NCBI GenBank assembly: GCA_963812155.1
Contig: CAWETW010000003.1
Location: forward strand, 1,184,001-1,248,000
Direction: 5' to 3'
Source of the DNA: Vulcanimicrobiota bacterium
GTDB taxonomy: Bacteria > Vulcanimicrobiota > Vulcanimicrobiia > Vulcanimicrobiales > Vulcanimicrobiaceae
Length of the DNA stretch: 64,000 nt
Position numbers and translations under genes: made by a program. Shown piece by piece: positions 49,417 to 59,614 of this stretch (its first letter is position 1; the number at the start of each line of letters is the position of its first letter). The notes beneath the pieces were generated by a model, which saw only the letters and a program-made list of their open reading frames with translations, was not told the origin of the DNA and did not search any database.

Positions 49417-51084
49417 TCAGACCTTCCTTACATTTGTAGTGCATAATGGGGCGTGCGCGTCGAGAAACGCTCGTCCCGCTCCCTTGCGTTCGGCAGAACG
49501 AAACGCGCGCCAGAAGGTTTGCGCGTTCGGAAGTTCCTTCGCGGGATCCGTTTCGTAGACGATCCATTGCGCGCGAGGGTCGAGCACGGGATAGCGTTGG
49601 AGGAACGCGCAGAGTTCGACGTTGCGGCGCAGACGGTTGTCTTCGATGGAAATGAAGTACCGTGCACCCTTGCGAATCGCGCTTTCTTCGTCGAAGGGCG
49701 TCCATAGCAGCGGGTCTTCCTCCCAGCCGAAGCGGTCGATGTAGTACTGGACGTCCGGGCCGTAGTGCCCGATGACGACCAGAGCATTGCGATCGAGGGT
49801 CGCATCGAGAAATGTTGCGTGGCGATACGCGATGCGGTTGTAGCCGTAGTAGGCTGCCACGGCCGCGCGCCCTTGCAGCAGCACGCCGATGGCCAGCAGC
49901 GGCACGACGGCAAACAGCGCCCAACGCGCGGCGGCGGAGGCATCGGCATCGAGCGCGCCACGGGCTAAGCCCGCAGCAGCGCCGCCCAGCACCAGCGCGC
50001 ATAACGGAACGAGCGGCAGCATGTAGTAGTCGACGCGTTCCACCGTCACGACGACGAAGACGTAGAGGAGCCCCGCCCCGAGCCACGCCCAGAGCAGCGG
50101 CGCGCTGCGCACGCGCAAAAACGGCAGCGCAATCAGCGAGAGGATCGTCGCGAGGAACGCGGCGTTGCCGAGGATGCGCTGGCGAAAGAGTCCCAAGACC
50201 GCGAAAAATGCGCTTAGCTTCGCGCCGAATGCGGAGAAGCCGGAGAAACTGGCGCGCAGCGCGGGCAGGACGTGCAAGGTCGTGATGCCGCTGGCCCAAT
50301 GCCACTCGGCGTACGACGCCACGCGCCGGTCGTAGAGCCAGAGAATGACCAACGGCACGATCACCAGCACTGCCGCAGCGGTGGGACGCGTCGGCATGCC
50401 CGCGCGTGCGCGCTGCCACACCATCGCGAGCACCGGCACGACGGCGAGCACCGCAACCGGCTTTGCCAAATACGCGAACGTGAGGAGCGCCGTCGTGCGC
50501 GCGAGCGCGCGCGGCCCGATCGATTCGTCCTCGAGCAGCAGCCGAAGCGCCGAGTAGAGCGCCGCGGTGAGAAAAAAGACCATCGCCGCGTCGGGCATGA
50601 AGGTGCGCCCGTAGTAGACGCTCCCGGGAAGAACTGCGAAAAAAAAGCTCGCGGCCAGTCCGGCCGCGCGGCTGGCAAAGAGCCAGCGGCCGAAGTAGGC
50701 GACGACGACGACGGTTGCAAGGCTGAAGACAATCGAGACGAGACGTCCGATGACGACCTGGATGCCGAACACCTTATAGAGCGTTGCGGCGAGGAACGGA
50801 ACGATCTGCAGTTCGAGTTCTACGTAGTTCGGAGGGGCGCCGTTGTAGATGGTCTGAGGATGCATGAGATCGTATTGCAGGCGCACGAAGTTTCGCGCGA
50901 TGCTCGCCGTGTCGCCCTGCCGCCATCCAGGATGATCGAGGATCGGGTTGTGAATCCCGTGCAGACGCAACACCAGCCCGAGCCCGACGACCAGAAGCAC
51001 GCCGAGCGTCCACCAGGTCTGCAGCCCGGATACAGCGATACCGACGCGCGCGTTCGCGCCCTCTAGCGTGGCTTGAACGTCCAA
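49417..51084 (-). CDS. GT-C glycosyltransferase (ArnT/PMT_2-like)
   Basis: WRQGDTASIARNF, YGRTFMPD, AKP and many TMs; start approximate. Confidence 0.8.
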   Translation of the reverse strand: MDVQATLEGANARVGIAVSGLQTWWTLGVLLVVGLGLVLRLHGIHNPILDHPGWRQGDTASIARNFVRLQYDLMHPQTIYNGAPPNYVELELQIVPFLAATLYKVFGIQVVIGRLVSIVFSLATVVVVAYFGRWLFASRAAGLAASFFFAVLPGSVYYGRTFMPDAAMVFFLTAALYSALRLLLEDESIGPRALARTTALLTFAYLAKPVAVLAVVPVLAMVWQRARAGMPTRPTAAAVLVIVPLVILWLYDRRVASYAEWHWASGITTLHVLPALRASFSGFSAFGAKLSAFFAVLGLFRQRILGNAAFLATILSLIALPFLRVRSAPLLWAWLGAGLLYVFVVVTVERVDYYMLPLVPLCALVLGGAAAGLARGALDADASAAARWALFAVVPLLAIGVLLQGRAAVAAYYGYNRIAYRHATFLDATLDRNALVVIGHYGPDVQYYIDRFGWEEDPLLWTPFDEESAIRKGARYFISIEDNRLRRNVELCAFLQRYPVLDPRAQWIVYETDPAKELPNAQTFWRAFRSAERKGAGRAFLDAHAPLCTTNVRKV

Positions 51085-51503
51085 TACTTGTTCAGGAAGA
51101 AATTGATGAAGATGCCGCTCAGGTTCGCGACGAACCACGTCTTATGGCCGTGTCCGAGCCACGGGCTCACGGCTGCCGAGACGATCAGTCCGGCGGCCAA
51201 CGCGATCACCGAGACGCTCAGGAACTGCGCGCCCTCGCGCACCGCGTGGCCGGTCGAACGAAACGTCCATATGCGGTTGAGATAGAAGTTCGACACGCCG
51301 CCGGCCAAGAATGCGGCCGAGTAGATCAAGTCGTACTGCAGCGGCTTGGTGTGATCCGGGACGATCCGCTGCAAGAGCGTGAAGGCGACCAGATTGACGA
51401 GAAATCCCGACGCGCCCACGATTCCGAACTTGACGAACTGACGCACCCCGCGCCGCTGCGCGATCGAATGCAGCGCGTTAGGCAACCCAATACCAGTCCG
51501 CAA
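51063..51503 (-). CDS. GtrA family flippase-like protein
   Basis: QFVKFGIVG, NFYLNRIWTF and NFFLNKYWTF motifs. Confidence 0.9.
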   Translation of the reverse strand: MRTGIGLPNALHSIAQRRGVRQFVKFGIVGASGFLVNLVAFTLLQRIVPDHTKPLQYDLIYSAAFLAGGVSNFYLNRIWTFRSTGHAVREGAQFLSVSVIALAAGLIVSAAVSPWLGHGHKTWFVANLSGIFINFFLNKYWTFKPR

Positions 51504-52998
51504 ATAGCACCGTGAAGAGGCCGAGCAGCGGCAGTGAGAAGGCTAGGATGAGGTTGTTGACCCAGGGACGCTCGCCCCAGCGAGCCAGAATGGCGAACAT
51601 CGGAAAGAGCACGAGCGCAAACCGCGGCATCGACATCAGGCTCGACGTCGACATCGGAATGAGGATCGAAAGCGCGAGGTAGGCGATGTACGAGGGCCGC
51701 AACTGTTTCCAACCGCCGGCGAGGACCGCAATCATCAGGACCGTGAAGGCGACCTCGAGCGACTCGTTGGCGAGAATCTGCCCGTTGGGTGCGTGCGCGA
51801 TCTTGTGAATCGAGTTGAACACGCTCACCCACGGCAGCGCGAGATGCCGGTTCCAGTGAATCTGTACGTGTGAGAAGTAGAGCGGATCGGCTCGCAGTAC
51901 CCAGAGGTACGCCATATAGACGGAGAGACCCAGCGGAACGAGGATTCCGGCGAGCAAATTCCACAGCCCGCGCAGCGGATCGCTGCGATACTGCGCGTAC
52001 CATTCGATGACGAACGGAACCACCAGGAGGACGCCTTCGACGCGCGTCAACGCGGCAAAGAAGCCGATGGCGCCGGCAAGCCACCAGCGATGCGCCCGCA
52101 TGTAGTAAAACGACGCGACCGTCAGCATGAAGAAGAGCGATTCGGTGTAGACCGCCGAGAAGAACACGGCCGACGGAAAGATCGAAACGTAAAAAATCGC
52201 GCGCCGCGCGACGCCGCGGTCGTATTCGTGCTCGAGCAATTTATAGAGAAAGAGTAACCCGAAAAAGAAGGACGCGTTCGAAACGAGCAGTCCGGCGACG
52301 AGATGATTGCCGGCGAGTGCGCCGACGACGCGAATCAGGAACGGATAGAGCGGAAAGAACGCCAGGTCCGTTCCGTGATAGCCCTTGCTGGCGACGTCGA
52401 TGTAGTGCACGGCGTCCCAGCGTCCCCACACGGCGAGCAACACGTGACTGGACTCCTGAACGTGCGTGCCGGCACGCTGGCCGATGATCGAAGCGGCGAG
52501 TTCCGCAATGACGATGATCGCCACTCGCGTGGCGACGAAGTCCAGCAGCACCTCGCGGACGGTTTGATTGAAGCGTGCGGCGATGAGCACCTTGACGACG
52601 CAGAACATCGTCGCGGCAACCAAAAACAGGCGCGCGCCGTGCGTGATCTGCGGCTGCAGCACGAAGGTGAGCCATAACAGAAGAAACGGCAGCCACGAAA
52701 GGGCGTCGTAGCGCAGCGAACGCGCGAGCGTCGTTCCGGAGCGGCGAGAAAAGTAGCGAGCGTAGCCCAGCCACACAGCCAGGGCCGCTGCGGCAAATCC
52801 GGGTACCGCGACGAGCAGGCCGAACTGAGCGAGAAATGCGTCGTGGCGCGGTACGATCACGGCGTACCATGCAAAGAACCCGAGCGTGAGGCCGCCTAGA
52901 GCGACGGCCGCGAGCGGGAGCCAACCCGAAACGAGCAGTTCGTCGAGGCGAGCCCAGCGCAAACGCAACGTTTGAGACGGGTGCGAAAAGGTGGACAC
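51478..52998 (-). CDS. PIG-V-like mannosyltransferase family (GT-C)
   Basis: WDAVHY, AFFPLYP, YTESLF, TR..G and SMPRF motifs; AAGGAG RBS before GTG 52998. Confidence 0.85.
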   Translation of the reverse strand: MSTFSHPSQTLRLRWARLDELLVSGWLPLAAVALGGLTLGFFAWYAVIVPRHDAFLAQFGLLVAVPGFAAAALAVWLGYARYFSRRSGTTLARSLRYDALSWLPFLLLWLTFVLQPQITHGARLFLVAATMFCVVKVLIAARFNQTVREVLLDFVATRVAIIVIAELAASIIGQRAGTHVQESSHVLLAVWGRWDAVHYIDVASKGYHGTDLAFFPLYPFLIRVVGALAGNHLVAGLLVSNASFFFGLLFLYKLLEHEYDRGVARRAIFYVSIFPSAVFFSAVYTESLFFMLTVASFYYMRAHRWWLAGAIGFFAALTRVEGVLLVVPFVIEWYAQYRSDPLRGLWNLLAGILVPLGLSVYMAYLWVLRADPLYFSHVQIHWNRHLALPWVSVFNSIHKIAHAPNGQILANESLEVAFTVLMIAVLAGGWKQLRPSYIAYLALSILIPMSTSSLMSMPRFALVLFPMFAILARWGERPWVNNLILAFSLPLLGLFTVLFADWYWVA

Positions 52999-53052
52999 GG
53001 CGAAACTCCTTTTTAAGAGGATAACCGGCGCTTCCTTTTGTAGCCTGAGCGC

Positions 53053-54036
53053 ATGGCACGCTCGGTCGCGCACACGGTTTTCAACCATCCGGTCCATTCG
53101 CTCGATTTCGTCAAGGTCACCGAAAGCGCGGCGCTGGCTGCGTCGCGCTGGATGGGCCGCGGCGAGCGCGACGCTGCCGACGGTGCCGCAGTCGAAAAAA
53201 TGCGCGAGGCATTGGGCGAGATGGAGATCACCGGACGCATCGTTATCGGCGAAGGCGAGCGCGACGAGGCGCCGATGCTCTTCATCGGCGAGGAAGTCGG
53301 CTGCGGCGGCGAAGAAGTCGATATTGCCGTCGATCCGGTCGAAGGCACGAATCTGGTTGCAAACGGGCTTCCGAACTCGATTGCCGTGATGGCGATATCC
53401 GAACGCGGCGGCTTGCTGCACGCGCCCGATTCGTACATGAAAAAACTCGCGGTTGGTCCGAAAGCCGCTCCCTTCGTGCACATCGACGCGCCGGTGGCCG
53501 AGAATCTCGAGGCCGTCGCCAACGCACTCGAGAAACCGATCAACGACGTCTGCGTCGTAATTCTCGATCGTCCGCGGCACGCGGCATTGATCCACGAAGT
53601 CCGGACGGCGGGCGCGCGCATTCGGCTCATTTCCGACGGTGACGTGGATGCGTGCATCGCTACGGCGATCGATTCCACCGGCATTCACGTCGCGATGGGC
53701 ACCGGAGGAGCGCCCGAAGGCGTGCTCGCCGCGGCCGCCATCAAATGCTTGGGCGGCAACTTCATGGGCCGGCTGGAGCCGCGCAATCAAGAGGAAGCCG
53801 ATCGAGCGATTGCAATGGGTTTCGGGGAACTGGATCGCGTCCTACAGATCGACGATCTGGTCAAGAGCGACAACGTTATCTTCTGCGCGACCGGCATTAC
53901 CGACGGGGATTTAGTACGGGGCGTGCGCTTTTACGGCAACCAGGCGCGAACCCACTCGATCCACGTGCATTCGGTCGGTACGGTGCGTTTCATCGAATCG
54001 ATCCACCGGCTCGGCGCCCGCCCGCACGGACGATAG
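53053..54036 (+). CDS. glpX: Class II fructose-1,6-bisphosphatase
   Basis: IGEGERDEAPML, DPVEGT, DGDV and GGAPEGV motifs. Confidence 0.95.
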   Translation: MARSVAHTVFNHPVHSLDFVKVTESAALAASRWMGRGERDAADGAAVEKMREALGEMEITGRIVIGEGERDEAPMLFIGEEVGCGGEEVDIAVDPVEGTNLVANGLPNSIAVMAISERGGLLHAPDSYMKKLAVGPKAAPFVHIDAPVAENLEAVANALEKPINDVCVVILDRPRHAALIHEVRTAGARIRLISDGDVDACIATAIDSTGIHVAMGTGGAPEGVLAAAAIKCLGGNFMGRLEPRNQEEADRAIAMGFGELDRVLQIDDLVKSDNVIFCATGITDGDLVRGVRFYGNQARTHSIHVHSVGTVRFIESIHRLGARPHGR

Positions 54037-54049
54037 GTTCCGAACGGAA

Positions 54050-55486
54050 ATGATCCGCCACGCGCACGAAGTCGTGGTCGTCGGCGCGGGTTCGGGCGGG
54101 TACGCGGCGGCCCGTACGGCACGCGATTTCGGCTGCGACGTTGCACTGGTCGACGCAGGACCGCTCGGGGGTCTTTGCATTTTGCGCGGATGCATGCCGA
54201 GCAAGGCGCTGTTGGCGTCGAGCGACGCGCTGCAGGACGCGCGCGACGCGGGTGCGCTCGGAATTCGCATTCCATCGGCGACCGTCGACATGCCGTTCGT
54301 CGCCGCCCGCAAACGCGCGCTCGTGAAGGATTTCGCCGATTACCGCATTGACGGCATCCACGAGTTTCCGCTGTATCTTGGAGCCGCGCGCTTTCTATCG
54401 CCGGTTGAGTTGGCGGTCGGCGACGGCGTGGTGCTCGAGTCGGAGCGATTCATCATCGCGACCGGAAGCACCGTCGCGCCAAGCCTGTTGCCCGGTTTAG
54501 CGGAAACCGGATTCGTCGACAGCGACGGCGTGCTCGAGTTCGAGCGCGCTCCCGAGTCGGCAATCGTGCTCGGCGGCGGGTACACGGCCTGCGAACTCGG
54601 CCAGTTTTTGGCGCGCGTGGGGACGAAGACGACAATGCTGATTCGCAGCGGCCACCTGCTGACCGAGACCGACGACGACGTCGGCGACGCGCTGACCGGA
54701 TATCTTCGCGAAGAAGGCATCGACGTCGAGACGCGCACGACGTTGATTGCGGCGGAGCGGCGCGACGCGCAGAAGGCCGTGCGATTCCTGCACGACGGGA
54801 CGGAACGCGAGGTTGCGGCCGAGGAGATTTTCTACGCGCTAGGGCGCACGCCGAACGTGGCGGGGCTCGGGCTCGAACGCGCGGGCGTCGCCCTTGGCCC
54901 GGGCGGCGGCATCGCCGTCGACGCGACGCTGCGCACCAGCAATCCGCAGATCTTCGCCGCCGGCGACGTCACCGGCGAGTACATGCTGGTCCACGTCGCC
55001 ATCTATCAAGGTGAAATTGCGTCGCGCAACTCGTGCTTGCAGGGAAGCGAACGCGCCGACTACCGGCTCGTGTCGGCGCATACGGTCTTCACCGATCCGC
55101 AGATTGCGGCCGTCGGGGCGAGCGAGAAGGATCTGCGCGCGGCGGGAACGCGTTACGTCGTCGGCCGATACGACTTCGCCGACCACGGCAAAGCGCAGTG
55201 TCTCGCAAAGACGAAGGGTTTCGTGAAGATGATGGCCGATCCCGAGAGCGGCCGCATCCTCGGGGCGGCGGTCATCGGCCCTCAAGGCTCGGAGTTGATT
55301 CACGAAGTCATCGTCGCGATGAACTACGACGCAACCGTCGTCGACTTCATGCGCATTCCGCATCTGCATCCGACGCTTGCCGAGATCTGGACGTATCCAG
55401 CCGAGATGTGTGCGGCGCAGCTGGGGATGCGAATCCCCGGCGACGAGCAAATGGAGGTTGCAACGAGCGTCGATGGCCGCCGTTGA
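54050..55486 (+). CDS. Class I pyridine nucleotide-disulfide oxidoreductase (Lpd/MerA-like)
   Basis: GAGSGG, GGLCILRGCMPSK and HPTLAE; no MerA C-terminal CC. Confidence 0.88.
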   Translation: MIRHAHEVVVVGAGSGGYAAARTARDFGCDVALVDAGPLGGLCILRGCMPSKALLASSDALQDARDAGALGIRIPSATVDMPFVAARKRALVKDFADYRIDGIHEFPLYLGAARFLSPVELAVGDGVVLESERFIIATGSTVAPSLLPGLAETGFVDSDGVLEFERAPESAIVLGGGYTACELGQFLARVGTKTTMLIRSGHLLTETDDDVGDALTGYLREEGIDVETRTTLIAAERRDAQKAVRFLHDGTEREVAAEEIFYALGRTPNVAGLGLERAGVALGPGGGIAVDATLRTSNPQIFAAGDVTGEYMLVHVAIYQGEIASRNSCLQGSERADYRLVSAHTVFTDPQIAAVGASEKDLRAAGTRYVVGRYDFADHGKAQCLAKTKGFVKMMADPESGRILGAAVIGPQGSELIHEVIVAMNYDATVVDFMRIPHLHPTLAEIWTYPAEMCAAQLGMRIPGDEQMEVATSVDGRR

Positions 55487-56387
55487 GGCGGAGGGCCGGC
55501 GGTCGCGCGTCGCCGTCGCGATCGTGCAGACCAAGCCGGCCAAAGGACGCTACGAGGAGAACCTGCGCAACGCAGGCGAGGCGTTCGCCGCGCTCGGCCG
55601 GCGCACCGAACTCGTCGTCTTTCCCGAAGCGGCGTTTACCGGATACTTTCTCGAAGGCGCCGTCTACGATTTGGCGTTGAGCGCGCCGCGCTTTGCCAGC
55701 GATCTCGCGCGAACCTGGCGCAGCGCGCGCGGCGGCGACGAGGTCGACATCGTTGCGGGTTTCTACGAGAACGACGGCGGCACGTATTACAACTCGGCGC
55801 TGTATTTGCACGTGGCGCACGACGCGGAGCGCATCCTGCACGTCCACCGCAAGCTGTTCCTACCAACCTACGGCGTTTTCGACGAGGAGCGCTTCCTCTC
55901 ACGCGGGCGAAAAGTCGGAACCTTCGAAACGCGCTTCGGCCGAATGGCGATGCTCGTCTGCGAAGATGCATGGCACGCGATCGTGCCGACGATTGCCGCC
56001 GTGAAGGGCGCGCGCATTCTCTTGGTCCCGGCTGCGTCGCCCGGCCGCGGTATCGACGGCCACGGAGAACTCGCAAGCGTCACGCGCTGGCGCCAGATTC
56101 TGAGCGCAACCGCGGTCGAGCACGGCATCTTCGTTCTCTACGCGGGCTTGACCGGATTCGAAGGCGGCAAGGGCTTGAGCGGGACGTCGTGTGCGATCGA
56201 TCCCCGCGGCAACGTGTTGGTGGAGGCTCCGTCGACCCAAGCATGCATCCTCCGCGCCGAGCTCGATCTGCGCGAGATCGATCTCGCGCGCGCAAGCCTG
56301 CCGCTGCTCGGCGATTTGGAGGCCGTATTGCCGGACCTCATTCTCGACGAGGAGCTGCCCGTTTCGCGTGGTTTAGGAACGCCGTAA
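55473..56387 (+). CDS. Nitrilase-family protein, probable glutaminase partner of NadE
   Basis: FPE, HRKLFLPTYGVFDEERF and CEDAW (E-K-C triad); adjacent to nadE. Confidence 0.85.
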   Translation: MAAVEAEGRRSRVAVAIVQTKPAKGRYEENLRNAGEAFAALGRRTELVVFPEAAFTGYFLEGAVYDLALSAPRFASDLARTWRSARGGDEVDIVAGFYENDGGTYYNSALYLHVAHDAERILHVHRKLFLPTYGVFDEERFLSRGRKVGTFETRFGRMAMLVCEDAWHAIVPTIAAVKGARILLVPAASPGRGIDGHGELASVTRWRQILSATAVEHGIFVLYAGLTGFEGGKGLSGTSCAIDPRGNVLVEAPSTQACILRAELDLREIDLARASLPLLGDLEAVLPDLILDEELPVSRGLGTP

Positions 56388-56388
56388 G

Positions 56389-57240
56389 GTGACGTTCTCG
56401 ATCGTCGACGCGCCGTCGCCGTCGCCGCGCCCGCCGGCCATCGACTGCGCGGTGACCGCGGAGTGGCTTACGGCGTTTCTGCGAGACGAACTGCGATTTC
56501 GTCGCAACATCGAGCGGGCGGTCGTAGGATTGTCGGGCGGCGTCGATTCGGCCGTCACCGCCTATTTGTGCGCGCGAGCCCTGGGTCCCGAAAACGTCTA
56601 TGCCATCCGGCTGCCGTACGCAACGTCGAGCCCTGCAAGTCTCGCCGACGCGCAACTCGTCGTCGACGACCTCCGCATTCACTGTCGCACGATCGACATC
56701 AGCGCCGCGGTCGACGGCTATCTGCAGTACGAGCCGGATGCCGGAGCGCGCCGGCGCGGAAACGTCATGGCGCGGACGCGCATGGTCGTGCTCTTCGATC
56801 AGTCGGCAAAACTCGACGCGTTGCCCGTCGGAACCGGCAACAAGACGGAGCGGCTGCTGGGCTATTTCACGTGGCACGCCGACGATACGCCGCCGGTCAA
56901 TCCCATCGGCGACCTCTTCAAGACGCAAGTATGGGCGCTGGCGCGCTACCTGGGCGTTCCGCAAACGCTCGTCGACAAAGCGCCGAGCGCCGATCTCGAA
57001 GCGGGCCAAACCGACGAGGCCGACCTCGGCATCACCTACGCGCGCGCCGACGCGCTGCTCTCGGAACTGCTGCTGGGTTACAGCGACGCGCAGCTCGCCG
57101 AACGCGGCTTCTCCGCCGATGAAGTCGCGCTCGTGCGCCGCCGCGTCGACGCGACCCACTGGAAGCGGCATCTGCCGACGACCGCGATGCTCACGAATAC
57201 TGCCATCAACGAATTTTACTTACGTCCCGTCGATTACTAA
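56389..57240 (+). CDS. nadE: NAD+ synthetase (synthetase subunit)
   Basis: GLSGGVDS, GNVMARTRM, TGNKTE and KAPSADL..GQTDE motifs. Confidence 0.95.
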   Translation: MTFSIVDAPSPSPRPPAIDCAVTAEWLTAFLRDELRFRRNIERAVVGLSGGVDSAVTAYLCARALGPENVYAIRLPYATSSPASLADAQLVVDDLRIHCRTIDISAAVDGYLQYEPDAGARRRGNVMARTRMVVLFDQSAKLDALPVGTGNKTERLLGYFTWHADDTPPVNPIGDLFKTQVWALARYLGVPQTLVDKAPSADLEAGQTDEADLGITYARADALLSELLLGYSDAQLAERGFSADEVALVRRRVDATHWKRHLPTTAMLTNTAINEFYLRPVDY

Positions 57241-57249
57241 GGCAAGAAC

Positions 57250-57828
57250 GTGCGCAAGCCTTTTTTCCCGGTAAGTTTGAATCTCGACGGGCGATTGTGC
57301 GTGGTCGTAGGAGAAGCGTCCGATCGCGAAGCGGTGGAGAAGGCTGCGGCGCTCGAAGAAGCGGGGGCCGCCGTGCGGCGCATCACCGATCTACGGAACG
57401 TGCGCGACGAAGACGTGGCCGATGCGTTCTTCGTCATCTCGACGCCGCAGGACGAGGCGCTTTCGGCCCGGATGCGCGCGCTCGCCGACCGGCACGGATT
57501 CTTACTGTGCTGCATCGACCAGCCGGCGCACGGGTTCGTCGCAATGGCTGCGATCGCGAAGGCCGGCCCGGTGCGCGTCGCGATCTCCACGACCGGATTG
57601 GCGCCGCGCGTCGGAAAAATACTGAAGCAGGCGCTGCAGAAGGCGTTGGACGCCCGCTTCGCGCGGTTCGTGGAACGCTTGGCCCGGATGCGCGAGACGG
57701 AACGCGAACGGCATCCGCGACCGGAAGAGGCGCCCCTGCGCCGGCGCGCGATGATCGAAGCCGCCGACGGGTTTTCCGCGGACGTGCGCTTTGCATACCC
57801 CGAATGGTTCGACGATGGCGAGCGTTGA
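57250..57828 (+). CDS. Precorrin-2 dehydrogenase/siroheme synthase N-terminal-like protein
   Basis: FPVSLNLDGRLCVVVG and VAISTTGLAP motifs. Confidence 0.75.
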   Translation: MRKPFFPVSLNLDGRLCVVVGEASDREAVEKAAALEEAGAAVRRITDLRNVRDEDVADAFFVISTPQDEALSARMRALADRHGFLLCCIDQPAHGFVAMAAIAKAGPVRVAISTTGLAPRVGKILKQALQKALDARFARFVERLARMRETERERHPRPEEAPLRRRAMIEAADGFSADVRFAYPEWFDDGER

Positions 57829-59077
57829 ACTCGTTGCGGTCGGGACCGAACTGCTGTTGGGTCAGTTGACCGATACGAACACGCCGCATATCGAACGGCG
57901 GCTCGCGGAGATCGGCGTCGACGTTCGGGGAACGCATGCGGTCGGCGATAATCGCGAACGCATCGCGGAGACGATCCGCAGCGTGCTCGATCGCCGCGAC
58001 GGTGCGATCGTCACCGGCGGACTCGGGCCGACCGTCGACGACCTCACGAAGGAGGCCGTGTGCGACGCGCTCGGTACCGGGACGGAACTCTACGAGCCGG
58101 CGCTGCGGCAGATGGAGGCGTTCTTTGCGCAGATCGGTCGCGAGATGCGGCCGAACAACCGCAAACAGGCCGAACTCCCGCGCGGGAGCTTGCCGTTGGA
58201 GAATCCCTTCGGCACCGCTCCGGGCTTTGTCGCGTTTTCCGCCGGAGGGGGATTCGTGGCGTGCATGCCGGGCGTTCCTCACGAGATGAAACCGATGCTC
58301 GCGAACGCGCTGGTGCCGTTCTTGGTGCAACGCTTCGGGCTGCGCGACGGCATCTACACGCGCGTGCTGCACACGATCGGCATCGGGGAGTCGGAGATCG
58401 ACCATCGCATTGACGACCTGTTTCGCGCGTCTGAAAATCCGAAGCTCGCGGTGCTCGCGCACGGCTCGCGCGCCGACGTCAAGATCATGGCGAAGAGTGC
58501 GAGCGCCGCGCAAGCGCGAGCAATGATCGCGCCGCTGGAGACCGAAATCGAGCGCCGGTTGGAAGGATACGTTTACGGCGCCGACGAGGCGACGATCGAG
58601 TCGGCCGTGCTTGCGTTGTTGCGCGAGCGCGCGTGGACGGCCGCGACGGCGGAGTCGTGTACCGGGGGGCGCATCGCAGCGGCGCTCACGCGGGTGGCGG
58701 GAGCGTCGCAGAGTTTTGCCGGAGGAATCGTCGCTTACGACGACGCGGTCAAGATATCGTCGCTCGGCGTCGACGCACCGTTAATCGCGCACGACGGCGC
58801 GGTGAGCGAAAACGTGGCGCTGGCAATGGCACGCGGAGCGCGCGCGCGGCTGAAGGCCGACGTCGCGCTGTCCACGACCGGCATCGCCGGGCCGAGCGGC
58901 GGATCGGCAGAAAAACCGGTCGGGCTCGTCTACGTTGCCATCGACGACGCAAACGGAAACTCGCGCGCGTGGCACGTGCAGCTGCGTGGAGACCGCGAGA
59001 CGATCCAGTCACGCGCGACTACCTACGCGCTCGGATTGCTCTGGCGCCGGCTTCGCAGCGTTACCGAAGCGTTATGA
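57815..59077 (+). CDS. cinA: CinA (MocF domain + NMN deamidase PncC)
   Basis: GTELLLG..DTN, GGLGPT.DD, AESCTGG, GAVS and TGIAGP motifs. Confidence 0.95.
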   Translation: MASVELVAVGTELLLGQLTDTNTPHIERRLAEIGVDVRGTHAVGDNRERIAETIRSVLDRRDGAIVTGGLGPTVDDLTKEAVCDALGTGTELYEPALRQMEAFFAQIGREMRPNNRKQAELPRGSLPLENPFGTAPGFVAFSAGGGFVACMPGVPHEMKPMLANALVPFLVQRFGLRDGIYTRVLHTIGIGESEIDHRIDDLFRASENPKLAVLAHGSRADVKIMAKSASAAQARAMIAPLETEIERRLEGYVYGADEATIESAVLALLRERAWTAATAESCTGGRIAAALTRVAGASQSFAGGIVAYDDAVKISSLGVDAPLIAHDGAVSENVALAMARGARARLKADVALSTTGIAGPSGGSAEKPVGLVYVAIDDANGNSRAWHVQLRGDRETIQSRATTYALGLLWRRLRSVTEAL

Positions 59078-59614
59078 GAACTCCAAGCGACGAGGAAGCA
59101 GCGCCGCTGCTTCCGCAACGGCTGGGTGGCGAACGGAAAGCGTTTCCGGCGTTCCTTTAAGCTGTAGACCCTTCTTGTTCCATAAACCGATGCTTTGCCA
59201 TCGCGACTCATAGCGTGACCACCAGGCGATGCCGATCCATCGGCGCGTTTGGTAGATTCGTTCCGACCACGTTTGCGAGATGCTGCGATCCCGCGTTACG
59301 ACCGCCGAGGGAGCCAGGTCGTAGGTCAGAAGCGCAGCGGCGCAGTCGAGATCGCAAATCGAACTTCGATCCGAGAAGGTAAATGCTGCCAGAGCGTATG
59401 GCCGGTCGCGACCTGCAAAAAGCGCCGGCCGCCAGGTGTCGAGCCGGCCGAAAGCCTCGCTTATGGCTCCCGCGGCGGTCGTGCTGAGATAAAGCTCGTG
59501 ATAGATGTCCGGGTTTCCGATGCGACCGAGACCGGATCGCGGTGCGAACATAGGGCCGCCCGGTTCGGACGTCCGCGCGCTGGAGTCATACGGAAATACT
59601 CGGTAAAGCGTCAT
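59072..59614 (-). CDS. RES domain toxin
   Basis: LYRV, GR, LYLS, AISE and WWSR (R-E-S) motifs. Confidence 0.82.
   Translation of the reverse strand: MTLYRVFPYDSSARTSEPGGPMFAPRSGLGRIGNPDIYHELYLSTTAAGAISEAFGRLDTWRPALFAGRDRPYALAAFTFSDRSSICDLDCAAALLTYDLAPSAVVTRDRSISQTWSERIYQTRRWIGIAWWSRYESRWQSIGLWNKKGLQLKGTPETLSVRHPAVAEAAALLPRRLEFS

Noticed and set aside
54050..55486. Mercuric reductase merA
   Set aside because: No C-terminal Cys-Cys, no NmerA domain and no mer genes.
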